Numbered from the stretch's first letter, positions 47,237-56,866 are shown. The stretch is 64,000 nucleotides of DNA from Pirellulales bacterium (GCA_020849945.1 JADZFK010000045.1:295-64294); one strand, 5' to 3'. Numbers and translations are program-made. The notes: generated from the sequence alone by a model not told the origin.

Positions 47237-48052
47237 TTAACCGGCCGAAGTCGCCGATGCTGTGGGCACGCCGAGTTTCGGCACGGGAATATGCACCGTC
47301 GAAGCCTCTTGTGGCGCGACGGGCAACTTCAGCGTAAAAGCCGTGCCCACCCCCACGCTACTTTCCACGCGAATCTTTCCGTGGTGGGCTTCCAGAATCT
47401 CTCGGCAGGTGGCCAGCCCCACGCCCGTCCCCCCTTTGCCGCTGGCATCGGGGCCCGACTTGGTCGAGAAGTAACGATCGAATATCTTCGGCAGCACCTC
47501 GGGCGGAATGCCAACTCCCGAATCGCGAATCGAAAGATCGACCGTATTGGCCGCCGTGTCATGCACGAGTCGGATGAGAATCCGCCCACCGCGTGGCATG
47601 GCCTGGCGGGCGTTCGTTAACAGGTTGAGCAACACCTGCTGGATTTCGTTGCCACACACCAACGCTTGCGGCACCGGTTCAAACTGTACTTCGACCGCGA
47701 TGCGGTACTTCTGCATCTCGCGTTCGATCAGCACCAGAGACGATTCGATCAGCTTGGCCAAGTCAGTCGCCACCCGCTCGCTGCCGCGATTCCGGGCGAT
47801 GCCCAGGACGCCGTTGGTAATTTTTTCGGCCCGCTCGGCCGCAGCGAGTATCTTGGCAAGCGCTTTGTCACGCGAGGCTTCGTCCTTGTGCCTGAGACCG
47901 AGTTTGGCGTAATTGATAATGGTGGTGAGGATATTGTTAAACTCGTGCGTCGTCGTGCCAACAAGCTCGCCGAGTGCTGCCATCCGCCGCGAGTGGCGGA
48001 GTTCAGCCTCCAACATTTCTAGCTTACGATCGAGAGAAACAGAGTCGTCCAT
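47237..48052 (-). CDS. Soluble histidine kinase (HisKA plus HATPase_c only)
   Basis: H-box THEFNNILTTI, N/G boxes (NLLTNARQAM, DSGVGIP, GTGVGLA). No TM or obvious sensor domain. Confidence 0.85.
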   Translation of the reverse strand: MDDSVSLDRKLEMLEAELRHSRRMAALGELVGTTTHEFNNILTTIINYAKLGLRHKDEASRDKALAKILAAAERAEKITNGVLGIARNRGSERVATDLAKLIESSLVLIEREMQKYRIAVEVQFEPVPQALVCGNEIQQVLLNLLTNARQAMPRGGRILIRLVHDTAANTVDLSIRDSGVGIPPEVLPKIFDRYFSTKSGPDASGKGGTGVGLATCREILEAHHGKIRVESSVGVGTAFTLKLPVAPQEASTVHIPVPKLGVPTASATSAG

Positions 48053-48412
48053 AATCGAATGAGCGTATGTTTTGGCGGTTGAATGCGGGTGCTCGTGGAA
48101 ACGACATCGAGAGTTGATAGCTGATAGCAGTAAGAAAGCCGAAAGCGAATTCCGTAAACTCGCCGCACTTTGACCAGCCGCCGCAGGGGCAGCTTCTTGC
48201 CTGGGCCCCTTGCCTTAACCTGTTGACCTGAAGGTATTTGCGTACGAATGCGTGTCCCTAGTGTGTATCGTCGCTTCCGTCTGGTCCACTCCACCGAGGG
48301 ACGATAGAATGTGCCCCCTTTTAGCCGACAAGATAGTATTCGCGCGACGCGAGGTCGCGTATCGGGGGTGCCTTACTCTTAAGCACCCAAAGCCAGCGAG
48401 GAGAATGCAAGG

Positions 48413-48673
48413 ATGCCGACCGTAACGATCTTGAAGGAAGCGTTGGATGTTGCCCGCCGATTAGGATACGAGGTGCGCCAAGATTGGCTCGACGGCAACG
48501 GCGGCGGCCACTGCTTGGTACGTGGCCGAAAATGGCTACTGCTCGACGTAGCCCAATCGGCCGACGAGCAACTCGACATCGTGGCCGGCGCCCTACGCGA
48601 AGAACAAGGCCTCGAACGAACGATTCACTCTCCAGAACTTGCCAAACGCCTGCATGTTTCCGCCGCCGCGTAG
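48413..48673 (+). CDS. Small hypothetical protein (86 aa)
   Basis: GAGGAG RBS and a clean ORF; no recognised domain. Confidence 0.5.
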   Translation: MPTVTILKEALDVARRLGYEVRQDWLDGNGGGHCLVRGRKWLLLDVAQSADEQLDIVAGALREEQGLERTIHSPELAKRLHVSAAA

Positions 48674-48807
48674 AAACCGTGCGAATCTCTTCCTCTGCAA
48701 ACTCCACGTCCCTTTGATCAATCGCCAAGAGGCAGATTCCTTACACACAAGGTCTTTGAAGTCGAGTAAGAGAGGAGGCGATCACGCTACCTCTCTCCTA
48801 CTCGACT

Positions 48808-49416
48808 TCACTTATCCGATCCTTGCCGGTAGATCCCTTGCCGAAGGATGTAGTTCAAGACTGCGTTGGGCACGAATTTCTGACATGCTTCGCCGGCTGC
48901 GACGCGGCGTCGAATCTCGGTGCTGCTCGCATGGACGGCCGGCATTTCGATAATCTGCGGCTGCGTCGTTGTCGCGCACAGCGAGGCAAGGGGCACTAAG
49001 TCGGGTTCGGCATCTCCCGCGCGATGAACGACGAGCGGAGTGGCCAGCCGAAATAATTCGCGGGGGTCTTTCCAGCGTGCCACGTCGCGAAGGGTATCGG
49101 AACCCAACAACAAGAAGAACGTATCGTTCGGACGCTCGGCTCGCATTTGGCCGAGTGTATCGACCGTGTAGCTCTTGCCGCCGCGATCGATTTCAAGCGT
49201 GCAGACACGCCACGCCGGTTCACCGCCAATTGCCAGCCGCAGCATCTCGACTCGCTGGTCGTTGCTGGCGTGGGGGCCGTGCTGCTTCAGAGGCTGTACG
49301 GCCGTCGGCACGAACCACACCTCATCCAAGGCCGCCTGCTCCTGGCAGGCGCGCGCAAGCGCCAAGTGTCCATGATGCACGGGATCGAAACTACCGCCAA
49401 ATATACCAAGCCGCAT
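48808..49416 (-). CDS. nadD: Nicotinate-nucleotide adenylyltransferase
   Basis: MRLGIFGGSFDPVHHGHLALA. Confidence 0.92.
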   Translation of the reverse strand: MRLGIFGGSFDPVHHGHLALARACQEQAALDEVWFVPTAVQPLKQHGPHASNDQRVEMLRLAIGGEPAWRVCTLEIDRGGKSYTVDTLGQMRAERPNDTFFLLLGSDTLRDVARWKDPRELFRLATPLVVHRAGDAEPDLVPLASLCATTTQPQIIEMPAVHASSTEIRRRVAAGEACQKFVPNAVLNYILRQGIYRQGSDK

Positions 49417-49676
49417 AGAGGGTCAAGGGGCAAGGGTCGAGGGTCGAGGGCCAGAATGTAGGTTGTGCATGGGTTGATCGTTTAGCCGCGACGCGGAGCG
49501 GAGCGCGAAGAAGTAGAAAGGGTCTAGGGTCGAGGATCGAGAGCCAGAACGTAGGGGGGCTCACGAGATGGTAGGGATTGATGGTATCGTAATGGTTTAC
49601 GGCGAAAGTCGCCATCGGGCCGATTCAACCCAACGTGTTCTATTCAACCCTCCTTGCCCTCAACTCTCAACCCTCC
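49417..49676. repeat. Tandem-unit repeat region (GGTCGAG/GGTCAAG units) filling the nadD-priA divergent intergenic region
   Basis: AGAGGGTCAAGGGGCAAGGGTCGAGGGTCGAGGGCCAGAATGTAGG at 49417. A second module GGGTCTAGGGTCGAGGATCGAGAGCCAGAACGTAGG at ~49518. A complementary arm CAACCCTCCTTGCCCTCAACTCTCAACCCTCC at 49643-49676. Confidence 0.8.
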
Positions 49677-51977
49677 ATGCCCCAACAGCAATCACTATTT
49701 GATACCGCGCCAGCACCGTGGGAAGTGGACGATGCGGCGGAAGCGCTCATCGCAACGGTGGTCATTGCGGGCGGGCCCGATGGGGAGTTTGATTACCTGG
49801 CCCCGGGCGAACTCGTTGGGGCGGCCAAGTCCGAGCGGCGTTTGGAAGCGGGGCGACGTGTGCGCGTTCCGTTGGGTCGCGGGAACCGCAGCGTGGTCGG
49901 GTATTGTGTGGCGCTCGAAACGAAGCCCTCTGGCGGGCGGAAACTCAAGTCGGTGGCGTCGGTCGTCGATCGCCAATCGCTCCTTTCGCCGCCGATGCTG
50001 CGATTGGCCCGCTGGATGGCCGAATACTACTTATGCCCGTTAGGGCAAGTGCTGGAAGCAATCGTACCGGCCGGCGTGCGGCACGACGCCGGCTCGCGCC
50101 AAGTGGTCCTGCTCGCGGCCGCCCCCGATGCCGCCGAACGCATCGCCGAGGCCAAACTTTCCGCCAAGCAGGCTGCCGCCATGCAACAACTGCTGGCCTC
50201 CGCCACGCCGCTCACCGCCAAGCAACTCGCCTCCCTTGCAGGCTGCACACTCGCACCGATCAACGAGTTGCGCAAGAAAGGATGGATCGTTACCTCCGTC
50301 GAACGTCAAAATGCCGACCGGCTAGCGCCCCATGCCGCGCCTCGCCAAGCTGCGCTCGAGCTCAACCCCGATCAGGTTGCCGCGCTCGATACGATTCGCG
50401 GTGCCTTGCGCGCGACGGAGCACCGCACGATATTGGTACATGGCGTCACCGGAAGCGGCAAGACGGAAGTATACATCCAGGCCATTGAAGAGGTTGTGCG
50501 ATACGGTCGCCAAGCCATCCTGCTGGTGCCCGAGATCAGCCTCACGCCGCAAACGGTCGGTCGATTTCGGGCTCGGTTCGATCGGGTAGCCGTTCTGCAC
50601 AGCCACCTGAGCGATATCGAGCGGCACGAACACTGGCGGCGGATCGCGCGGGGCGACGTGCAAGTGGTGGTCGGCGCGCGGAGCGCGATCTTTGCCCCCA
50701 CGCCCCACCTGGGTCTGATCGTGTTGGATGAAGAACACGAAGCGACCTTCAAGCAAGAAACGGCACCACGATACCACGCCCGCGACGTAGCCGTTCGCCG
50801 AGCGGCCGACCAAAATGTTCCCCTCGTGCTCGCCAGTGCCACGCCCTCGCTCGAAAGTTGGCGCCGCGCCAAGTGTGGCGAGTTCACGCTGGTGGAAATG
50901 CCTCGCCGCGTGCTGAACTTGCCGATGCCCGTGGTCAGGACCATCGATCTGCGGAACGAAGCGTATGCTCGGGGATCACACGGAGCACTGAGTCGACCGC
51001 TGGTTCGCGCTATGGAAGAATCGCTGGGCGAAGGCGGGCAAGTGATTCTGCTCCTCAACCGCCGCGGCCATTCGACGCACATTCAGTGCCCTTCTTGCGG
51101 CAAATCGATGCAATGCCCGGCCTGCAATCTTTCGCTGACGTTTCATCGCCACGACAACCTGGCGGTGTGCCACTACTGCGATTACCAGGTGCCCGCCCCC
51201 ACCAAGTGCCCCGAGTGCGGCAACCCCGGCATACGGTTCAGCGGCTTGGGTACGCAAAAGCTCGAGGCAGAAGTGCGAGCCAGATTCCCCGATTACCCAT
51301 GCCTGCGAATGGATACCGACAGCATGCGTGGTCGCGGCAGCCACGAGGAGGCGCTTGCTGGATTTCGCGAAGGGCGGCATCGCATCTTGTTGGGAACGCA
51401 AATGATTGCCAAGGGACTGGATTTTCCGAACGTAACGCTCGTGGGCGTGGTGAATGCCGATACGGCCCTGCATTTCCCCGATTTCCGAGCGGCCGAGCGA
51501 ACATTTCAGTTGGTAACGCAAGTGGCCGGCCGCACCGGGCGTGGACCGAAGGGGGGCCGCGTGCTCGTGCAAACGCTTTCGCCCGATGCCGCGGCGATCG
51601 TGGCCGCCGTACAGCACGACTTGCAAGCCTTCGCACGACAAGAGTTGCCGACCCGCGAATCGATGGGTTACCCGCCCTTCGGCGCGATGGCGAGGCTCGT
51701 GACGCGAGGGCCGGAAGAACAAACGTCGCTCGCGTTGGCCGACGAACTGGCCCGCCTCCTCCGCGAGTTGGGCGAACCTTGTTCGCCGCCGATTCGGATT
51801 CTGGGCCCCACCGCGGCACCGATCGCCAAACTCCGTGGCGACTTCCGATTCCACATCCAACTCTTCTCGCCCCAGGGTGAACTGTTGCGCAACACGATCC
51901 GTCGCGCAACCCAAGGCCTGAAACCTCCCGACCACTACGCCTGGATCGTGGACATCGATCCGTTGGATATGATGTGA
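49677..51977 (+). CDS. priA: Primosomal protein N' (replication restart helicase)
   Basis: HGVTGSGKTEVY, DEEHE, Cys-rich zinc motifs (CPSCGKSMQCPACNLSLTFH..CHYCDY..CPECG). Confidence 0.93.
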   Translation: MPQQQSLFDTAPAPWEVDDAAEALIATVVIAGGPDGEFDYLAPGELVGAAKSERRLEAGRRVRVPLGRGNRSVVGYCVALETKPSGGRKLKSVASVVDRQSLLSPPMLRLARWMAEYYLCPLGQVLEAIVPAGVRHDAGSRQVVLLAAAPDAAERIAEAKLSAKQAAAMQQLLASATPLTAKQLASLAGCTLAPINELRKKGWIVTSVERQNADRLAPHAAPRQAALELNPDQVAALDTIRGALRATEHRTILVHGVTGSGKTEVYIQAIEEVVRYGRQAILLVPEISLTPQTVGRFRARFDRVAVLHSHLSDIERHEHWRRIARGDVQVVVGARSAIFAPTPHLGLIVLDEEHEATFKQETAPRYHARDVAVRRAADQNVPLVLASATPSLESWRRAKCGEFTLVEMPRRVLNLPMPVVRTIDLRNEAYARGSHGALSRPLVRAMEESLGEGGQVILLLNRRGHSTHIQCPSCGKSMQCPACNLSLTFHRHDNLAVCHYCDYQVPAPTKCPECGNPGIRFSGLGTQKLEAEVRARFPDYPCLRMDTDSMRGRGSHEEALAGFREGRHRILLGTQMIAKGLDFPNVTLVGVVNADTALHFPDFRAAERTFQLVTQVAGRTGRGPKGGRVLVQTLSPDAAAIVAAVQHDLQAFARQELPTRESMGYPPFGAMARLVTRGPEEQTSLALADELARLLRELGEPCSPPIRILGPTAAPIAKLRGDFRFHIQLFSPQGELLRNTIRRATQGLKPPDHYAWIVDIDPLDMM

Positions 51978-51987
51978 GGGGAGGGGT

Positions 51988-52113
51988 TAGAGTCAAGAGT
52001 CAGACAGTCAAGAGCTTAGAGTCAAGAGTCAAGAGCCAGATAGGAATTGCGCAAAGCAGTTTGTTCGTTGCCTAACTTTCTGGCTCTTGACTCTTGACTC
52101 TCGACTCTTGACT
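51988..52113. repeat. Palindromic AGTCAAGAG-type tandem-arm element between priA and the histidine kinase gene
   Basis: TAGAGTCAAGAGTCAGACAGTCAAGAGCTTAGAGTCAAGAGTCAAGAGCCAGA ... TTCTGGCTCTTGACTCTTGACTCTCGACTCTTGACT. Confidence 0.9.
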
Positions 52114-52190
52114 TTTCTCCCTTGGCCGTTTCCGCGTAGCGACCGTACAATCAGGGGGTAGAACCGAGAATCTAGCATCCGGTGTCGGGC

Positions 52191-53999
52191 ATGTCGTATC
52201 GGACCATTAAACGTGTGCTGGGCGAAACCAACCTCGAGCGGAAGTGCCGCTGGTGGTTCGGTATCTCGCTGGTCGTTTTGCTCACGCTCAGCTTCACTTG
52301 GTATGGCCGGCGAACCGACACCATCGTCAAGGAGCTTAATCCCAAGTTCATCGGCCCCGAGTTGGTTCGGGCGGGTTGGCTCGGCGTTCACTTTGCACAA
52401 CTCGACCAGATCAAAGACGGTTTGTTCGCCGACCTCGTGGAGAGCAGCCAGGCGATGGGCCGCAGGTTCGAGTGGGAAGCGATACTGCCCACCGACGGTT
52501 ACGAATCGCCGCCGGCCGAGCAGTTCCGCCCCCGCGATGCTCGCGAGCAGCGTCTGCTGGCCAAGTGGTCGATCCCTTTAACCCCCGACGAGAAGCGCGA
52601 GGCGGGCAACGTTCAGGGTTCGCCCTCGACCTCGCAGCCCTTCTTGATTCCGTCGCGTGGCACCGACGACCGGTACGTTAAGGAAACCGACGGCCGCGAT
52701 TCGTTCATGTTCTACCAACCCATGTACGCGACGAAGTCGTGTATTCGGTGTCACGCAAATATGCTGGATGCCGGTGGTAAGCGGAAGCTGGAAGAGGGCG
52801 ACCTGATCGCCGTGGTTCGCGTTACGACCGACTACGGTCCCACGGCGGCGGAAGTCGCCAAGAACCAGGCTTTGCTCTGGACCGCGGCCATCGTCGTCGG
52901 ATTCGTTTCGATGTTTTCGTTGTGGGCCGTCGTGCGGTACGTGATCGTGAAGCCCGTAACCCACCTGCGCGACGTTGCGAATGCCGTCCGCGAGGGCGAT
53001 ATCGAAAAGCGAGCCGTCATCCGCACGGGCGATGAATTCGAGGAGTTGGGTGCCGCGTTCAACCGCATGTTGCGGCAACTGCTGAGCCAGCAAAGCGAAC
53101 TCCAAGAAAGCAAAAGCGAACTCGATGTGCGGCTCGACGAGCTGGCCCAGGCTAATATGCGGCTCTACGAAATGAACCGCCTCAAGAGCGACTTTCTCGC
53201 CACCGTAAGCCACGAGTTGCGCACACCGCTCAACAGCATCTTGGGCTTCAGCGAAGTGCTGAGCAGCATCGATTCACTCGACGACAAACAACGCCGCTAC
53301 GTCGGAAACATCCAGCGCTCGGGCCGCATGCTGCTCGATATGATTAACGACATCTTGGACCTCGCAAAAATGGAAAGCGGCAAAATGGAGGTCCGTCAAA
53401 CCGAGTTTCGCATCAGTTCGCTAATTTCCACCATGTGCGAAATGGCGCGCCCGCTGGCCGAGAAAAAGAACATCGACCTCGATTGCGAGGCCCCCACCAA
53501 CTTGCCACCTCTCCGCCAAGATCAAGCCAAGGTGCAGCAGGTCCTCAACAATCTGCTCTCCAACGCAATTAAGTTCACGCCCGAAGGAGGCCGAATCCGA
53601 GTCTCGGCCGAACAAGACGAGCACGGTGACTTGCGGCTCAAGGTGGCCGATACCGGCATCGGCATCAGCCCAGATGAACAGCAGCTTGTGTTCGAGAAGT
53701 TTCGGCAAGCCTCCGGCGTACTGCCCGATGGCGACGCCATGACCCGCGAATACTCGGGCACCGGGTTGGGCCTCTCGATCGTCCGCGAAATCTGCCGCCT
53801 GCTCGGTGGCGATGTCACCCTGGAAAGCGAACTCGGCAAGGGAAGCACCTTCTCCGTTCGCCTGCCTTGGCGGTTGGAAGACTCGCCACGACTCGACACC
53901 CAACTACGCGAAGACCTCGACCAACTGGCCCGTAACGCCCGGCTCGCCGAAGTCACCTCCTCCACCGCCCCGCACTTGCAAGAACAAACAACCCGCTAA
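52191..53999 (+). CDS. Membrane histidine kinase with a periplasmic CXXCH-containing (DUF3365-like) sensor domain, HAMP, HisKA and HATPase_c
   Basis: TM1 WWFGISLVVLLTL. YQPMYATKSCIRCHANM (CXXCH codons 52740-52754). TM2 then HAMP. H-box SHELRTPLNSILGF. GTGLGLSIV. Confidence 0.88.
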   Translation: MSYRTIKRVLGETNLERKCRWWFGISLVVLLTLSFTWYGRRTDTIVKELNPKFIGPELVRAGWLGVHFAQLDQIKDGLFADLVESSQAMGRRFEWEAILPTDGYESPPAEQFRPRDAREQRLLAKWSIPLTPDEKREAGNVQGSPSTSQPFLIPSRGTDDRYVKETDGRDSFMFYQPMYATKSCIRCHANMLDAGGKRKLEEGDLIAVVRVTTDYGPTAAEVAKNQALLWTAAIVVGFVSMFSLWAVVRYVIVKPVTHLRDVANAVREGDIEKRAVIRTGDEFEELGAAFNRMLRQLLSQQSELQESKSELDVRLDELAQANMRLYEMNRLKSDFLATVSHELRTPLNSILGFSEVLSSIDSLDDKQRRYVGNIQRSGRMLLDMINDILDLAKMESGKMEVRQTEFRISSLISTMCEMARPLAEKKNIDLDCEAPTNLPPLRQDQAKVQQVLNNLLSNAIKFTPEGGRIRVSAEQDEHGDLRLKVADTGIGISPDEQQLVFEKFRQASGVLPDGDAMTREYSGTGLGLSIVREICRLLGGDVTLESELGKGSTFSVRLPWRLEDSPRLDTQLREDLDQLARNARLAEVTSSTAPHLQEQTTR

Positions 54000-54095
54000 T
54001 TGCGGATTGCACACCTCACCCCTCTTGCAGATTGCGTTCCCGAAATCCGAAATCCGAAATTACATTTCCGCCCCTCCACCCTCGCCTCTCCACCC

Positions 54096-54566
54096 GTGAC
54101 TATCAACTCTCAACTTCCGTCCGTCCAACTCTTCACCGATGGCGGTTGCAGTGGCAACCCAGGCCCAGGGGGCTGGGCCTTCATTCTGCGCCATCCGGCT
54201 TCCACCAAAGAACTGGAACGCAGCGGCGCCGAACCCAACACCACCAACAACCGCATGGAACTAACGGCCGTTGTCCGCGGGCTTGAAACGCTCACCAAAC
54301 GTAGCCATGTGGAACTGCTGACTGATAGCGTGTACGTGGGGAAGGGAATCAGCGAGTGGCTCCCCAAGTGGAAGGCCAACGGCTGGCGACGAAAAGAGAG
54401 AAACAAACTCGTGCCGATCGCCAACGAGCAACTGTGGCGCGAGCTCGATACGCTTCTCGCCAAGCACCACGTAAAGTACACGCGCGTGGCCGGCCACAGC
54501 GGACACCCCGAAAACGACCGCTGCGATGAGCTCGCCGTCGCCGCGTATCAGAAGTATTTGCGGTAA
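54096..54566 (+). CDS. rnhA: Ribonuclease HI
   Basis: VQLFTDGGCSGNPGPGGWAFIL..NNRMEL..TDSVYV..HSGHPENDRCDELA. GTG start proposed. Confidence 0.9.
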   Translation: MTINSQLPSVQLFTDGGCSGNPGPGGWAFILRHPASTKELERSGAEPNTTNNRMELTAVVRGLETLTKRSHVELLTDSVYVGKGISEWLPKWKANGWRRKERNKLVPIANEQLWRELDTLLAKHHVKYTRVAGHSGHPENDRCDELAVAAYQKYLR

Positions 54567-54569
54567 GAC

Positions 54570-54648
54570 ACCGGCTGAAACGGCAGGCCTATCTAAACTT
54601 ACCGGCCGGAACGGCCGGGCTAGATAGCCGAGCCGTTTCGGCTCGGCG
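54570..54648. repeat. GC-rich multi-hairpin REP-like element upstream of recG (47 nt core 54602-54648)
   Basis: CCGGCCGGAACGGCCGGG-CTAGATA-GCCGAGCCGTTTCGGCTCGGCG, preceded by a weaker CCGGCTGAAACGGCAGG hairpin. Confidence 0.85.
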
Positions 54649-54684
54649 AACCGCGCAAGAACAAGCTCAACGCTATACAATGCG

Positions 54685-56814
54685 GTGATGAGCCATCCCT
54701 TGTCGAGTTCCGAGATTTCCAACCCACGACGTGAACCGTCGGCCGCTGAGTTGTTGGCCACGCCGGTCGAGTTCGTGCGCGGCGTGGGGCCGCTTCGAGC
54801 CGAGCTGCTGCATCGGCTCGATGTGCGAACGGCGGCGGACCTCATCTTTTTCTTCCCGCGCGATTACGAAGACCTCACCGACCGCCGCGACATTGCCGCG
54901 CTCGATGACGAGCACATCCAAACGATCCGTGGCCAAGTCGTTGAAATCGACAGTCGCTCCAGCGGCTTCGGCAAGAGCATCGTCGGCGTGCTCGTGCGGC
55001 AAGGCAACGACTTCCTGCGGGCGCTGTGGTTCAACCAACCGTTCATGCGTGATAAGTTCCACGAAGGTCAGTTTGTGCTGCTCTCGGCAAAGCCTCGCAA
55101 GAAAGGCGGACGCTGGGAGATGTCGCACCCGCGCGTCACCTGGCTCGATGGTGCCGAGGATCAACCCGAGATGCGGCTCTTGCCGCTCTACCCACTCACC
55201 GAAGGGCTTTCGCAATACCAGGTGCGCAATATGGTGGCGAGCGCGGTCGAGCAGTTCGGGCACGTGCTCGAAGAAGTGTTTTCGTCCGAGTTGCTCGCAC
55301 GATACAACTTGATGCCGCTGGCCGAGGCCATTCCCGCCATTCATTCTCCGCAAGATGCCGAGCAACTCGAACGCGCCCGGCGGCGGTTTGTTTTCCAGGA
55401 ATTATTTGTGTTGCAGTTGGCGGTCGTCGCCCGCCGGTGGCAACAGCAGATTGGCTTTCGCGCGCCGCCGCTCGAAGCAACGGCCGACATCCACGCCCGC
55501 ATCCAACGGTTATTTCCGTTCGAGTGGACGGCGGGGCAAAGAGCGGCTATTGCCGAAGTGGCCGCCGACCTGGCGAGCGACGCCCCGATGAACCGGCTTC
55601 TGCAAGGCGACGTTGGCAGCGGCAAGACCGTCGTTGCCGTGTACGCGATGTTGGCCTGCGTTGCGCGCGGATACCAGGCCGCGCTCATGGCACCCACCGA
55701 AATCTTGGCCCGCCAACATGCGGCCACGCTCGCCAGCTTGCTGCGTGCAAGTCGTGTGCGGTACTTGCTGCTGGTGGGCGGCCTCACGGCCAAGGAACGA
55801 ACCGCGGCGCTACAACAAATCGCCGCCGGCGAAATCGACCTCGTCATCGGCACGCACGCCATCGTGCAAGAGGACGTGCAATTCGCCAAACTCGGCTTGG
55901 TAGTGATCGATGAACAGCACAAGTTCGGCGTTCGCCAGCGAGCGGCACTGCGGCAAGGGGATCAATCGCCCCACTACCTTGTAATGACGGCCACGCCGAT
56001 TCCGCGGACGATCAGCATGACGTTGTTCGGGGACCTCGACGTAACCACCCTGCGCGAAATGCCGCCGGGAAGGCAAGAGGTTCGCACCTACGTGGTGGGG
56101 CCAGCCGAACATGCCCGTTGGTGGCAGTTCGTACGCGGTAAACTGCAAGCCGGTCGGCAAGCGTACGTTGTAGCACCACTCGTGGATGAGTCGGAAAGCA
56201 TCGCCGCGGCCAGCGTGGCGGCTCTTTTCGAGCGGCTTACCAACGGCGAACTGGCCGCGTTTCGGGTTGGCATCATCCATGGCCGAATGACCGCCGATGA
56301 AAAGGAAGAGGCGATGGCCGCGTTTCGCGCGGGACGCACGCAGGTTCTCGTTTCCACAAGCGTGATTGAAGTCGGCGTCGACGTTCCGAACGCCTGCATC
56401 ATGGTGATCGACTCGCCCGAGAGGTTCGGGCTCGCGCAGCTCCACCAACTTCGCGGCCGGGTGGGCCGCGGCAAGCTCGCCGGCTTTTGCGGCGTGCTGG
56501 TTGGCGACGAACTTTCCGAGCCGGCGCGGGCCAGGCTCGATGCCTTCGCCGCAACCTCCGATGGCTTCCAACTAGCCGAGATGGACTTCGCCCTGCGCGG
56601 CCCAGGCGATTTATTCGGCACACAGCAACACGGCCTGCCGCCGCTACGGATCGCCGACCTGCGACGCGACCAGACAATTCTGGAAGAAGCACGGCGAGAC
56701 GCCCAACAACTCTTTGCCGCCAACCCCGGACTCAAGAAGCCCGAACTCGCGCGACTTCGCCGACAGATGCTCGTCCGATACGGCAACGCACTGGAATTGA
56801 GCGACGTGGGATAG
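54685..56814 (+). CDS. recG: ATP-dependent DNA helicase RecG
   Basis: LQGDVGSGKTVVA, VVIDEQHKFGV, TATPIPRT, QLHQLRGRVGRG. Confidence 0.95.
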   Translation: MMSHPLSSSEISNPRREPSAAELLATPVEFVRGVGPLRAELLHRLDVRTAADLIFFFPRDYEDLTDRRDIAALDDEHIQTIRGQVVEIDSRSSGFGKSIVGVLVRQGNDFLRALWFNQPFMRDKFHEGQFVLLSAKPRKKGGRWEMSHPRVTWLDGAEDQPEMRLLPLYPLTEGLSQYQVRNMVASAVEQFGHVLEEVFSSELLARYNLMPLAEAIPAIHSPQDAEQLERARRRFVFQELFVLQLAVVARRWQQQIGFRAPPLEATADIHARIQRLFPFEWTAGQRAAIAEVAADLASDAPMNRLLQGDVGSGKTVVAVYAMLACVARGYQAALMAPTEILARQHAATLASLLRASRVRYLLLVGGLTAKERTAALQQIAAGEIDLVIGTHAIVQEDVQFAKLGLVVIDEQHKFGVRQRAALRQGDQSPHYLVMTATPIPRTISMTLFGDLDVTTLREMPPGRQEVRTYVVGPAEHARWWQFVRGKLQAGRQAYVVAPLVDESESIAAASVAALFERLTNGELAAFRVGIIHGRMTADEKEEAMAAFRAGRTQVLVSTSVIEVGVDVPNACIMVIDSPERFGLAQLHQLRGRVGRGKLAGFCGVLVGDELSEPARARLDAFAATSDGFQLAEMDFALRGPGDLFGTQQHGLPPLRIADLRRDQTILEEARRDAQQLFAANPGLKKPELARLRRQMLVRYGNALELSDVG

Positions 56815-56819
56815 TAGGA

Positions 56820-56866
56820 CGCCGAGCCGAAACGGCTCGGCTATATAGCCCGGCCGTTTCGGCCGG
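56820..56866. repeat. 47 nt GC-rich double-hairpin REP-like element downstream of recG, inverted relative to 54602-54648
   Basis: CGCCGAGCCGAAACGGCTCGG-CTATATA-GCCCGGCCGTTTCGGCCGG. Its reverse complement differs from the upstream copy at 2 positions. Confidence 0.9.
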
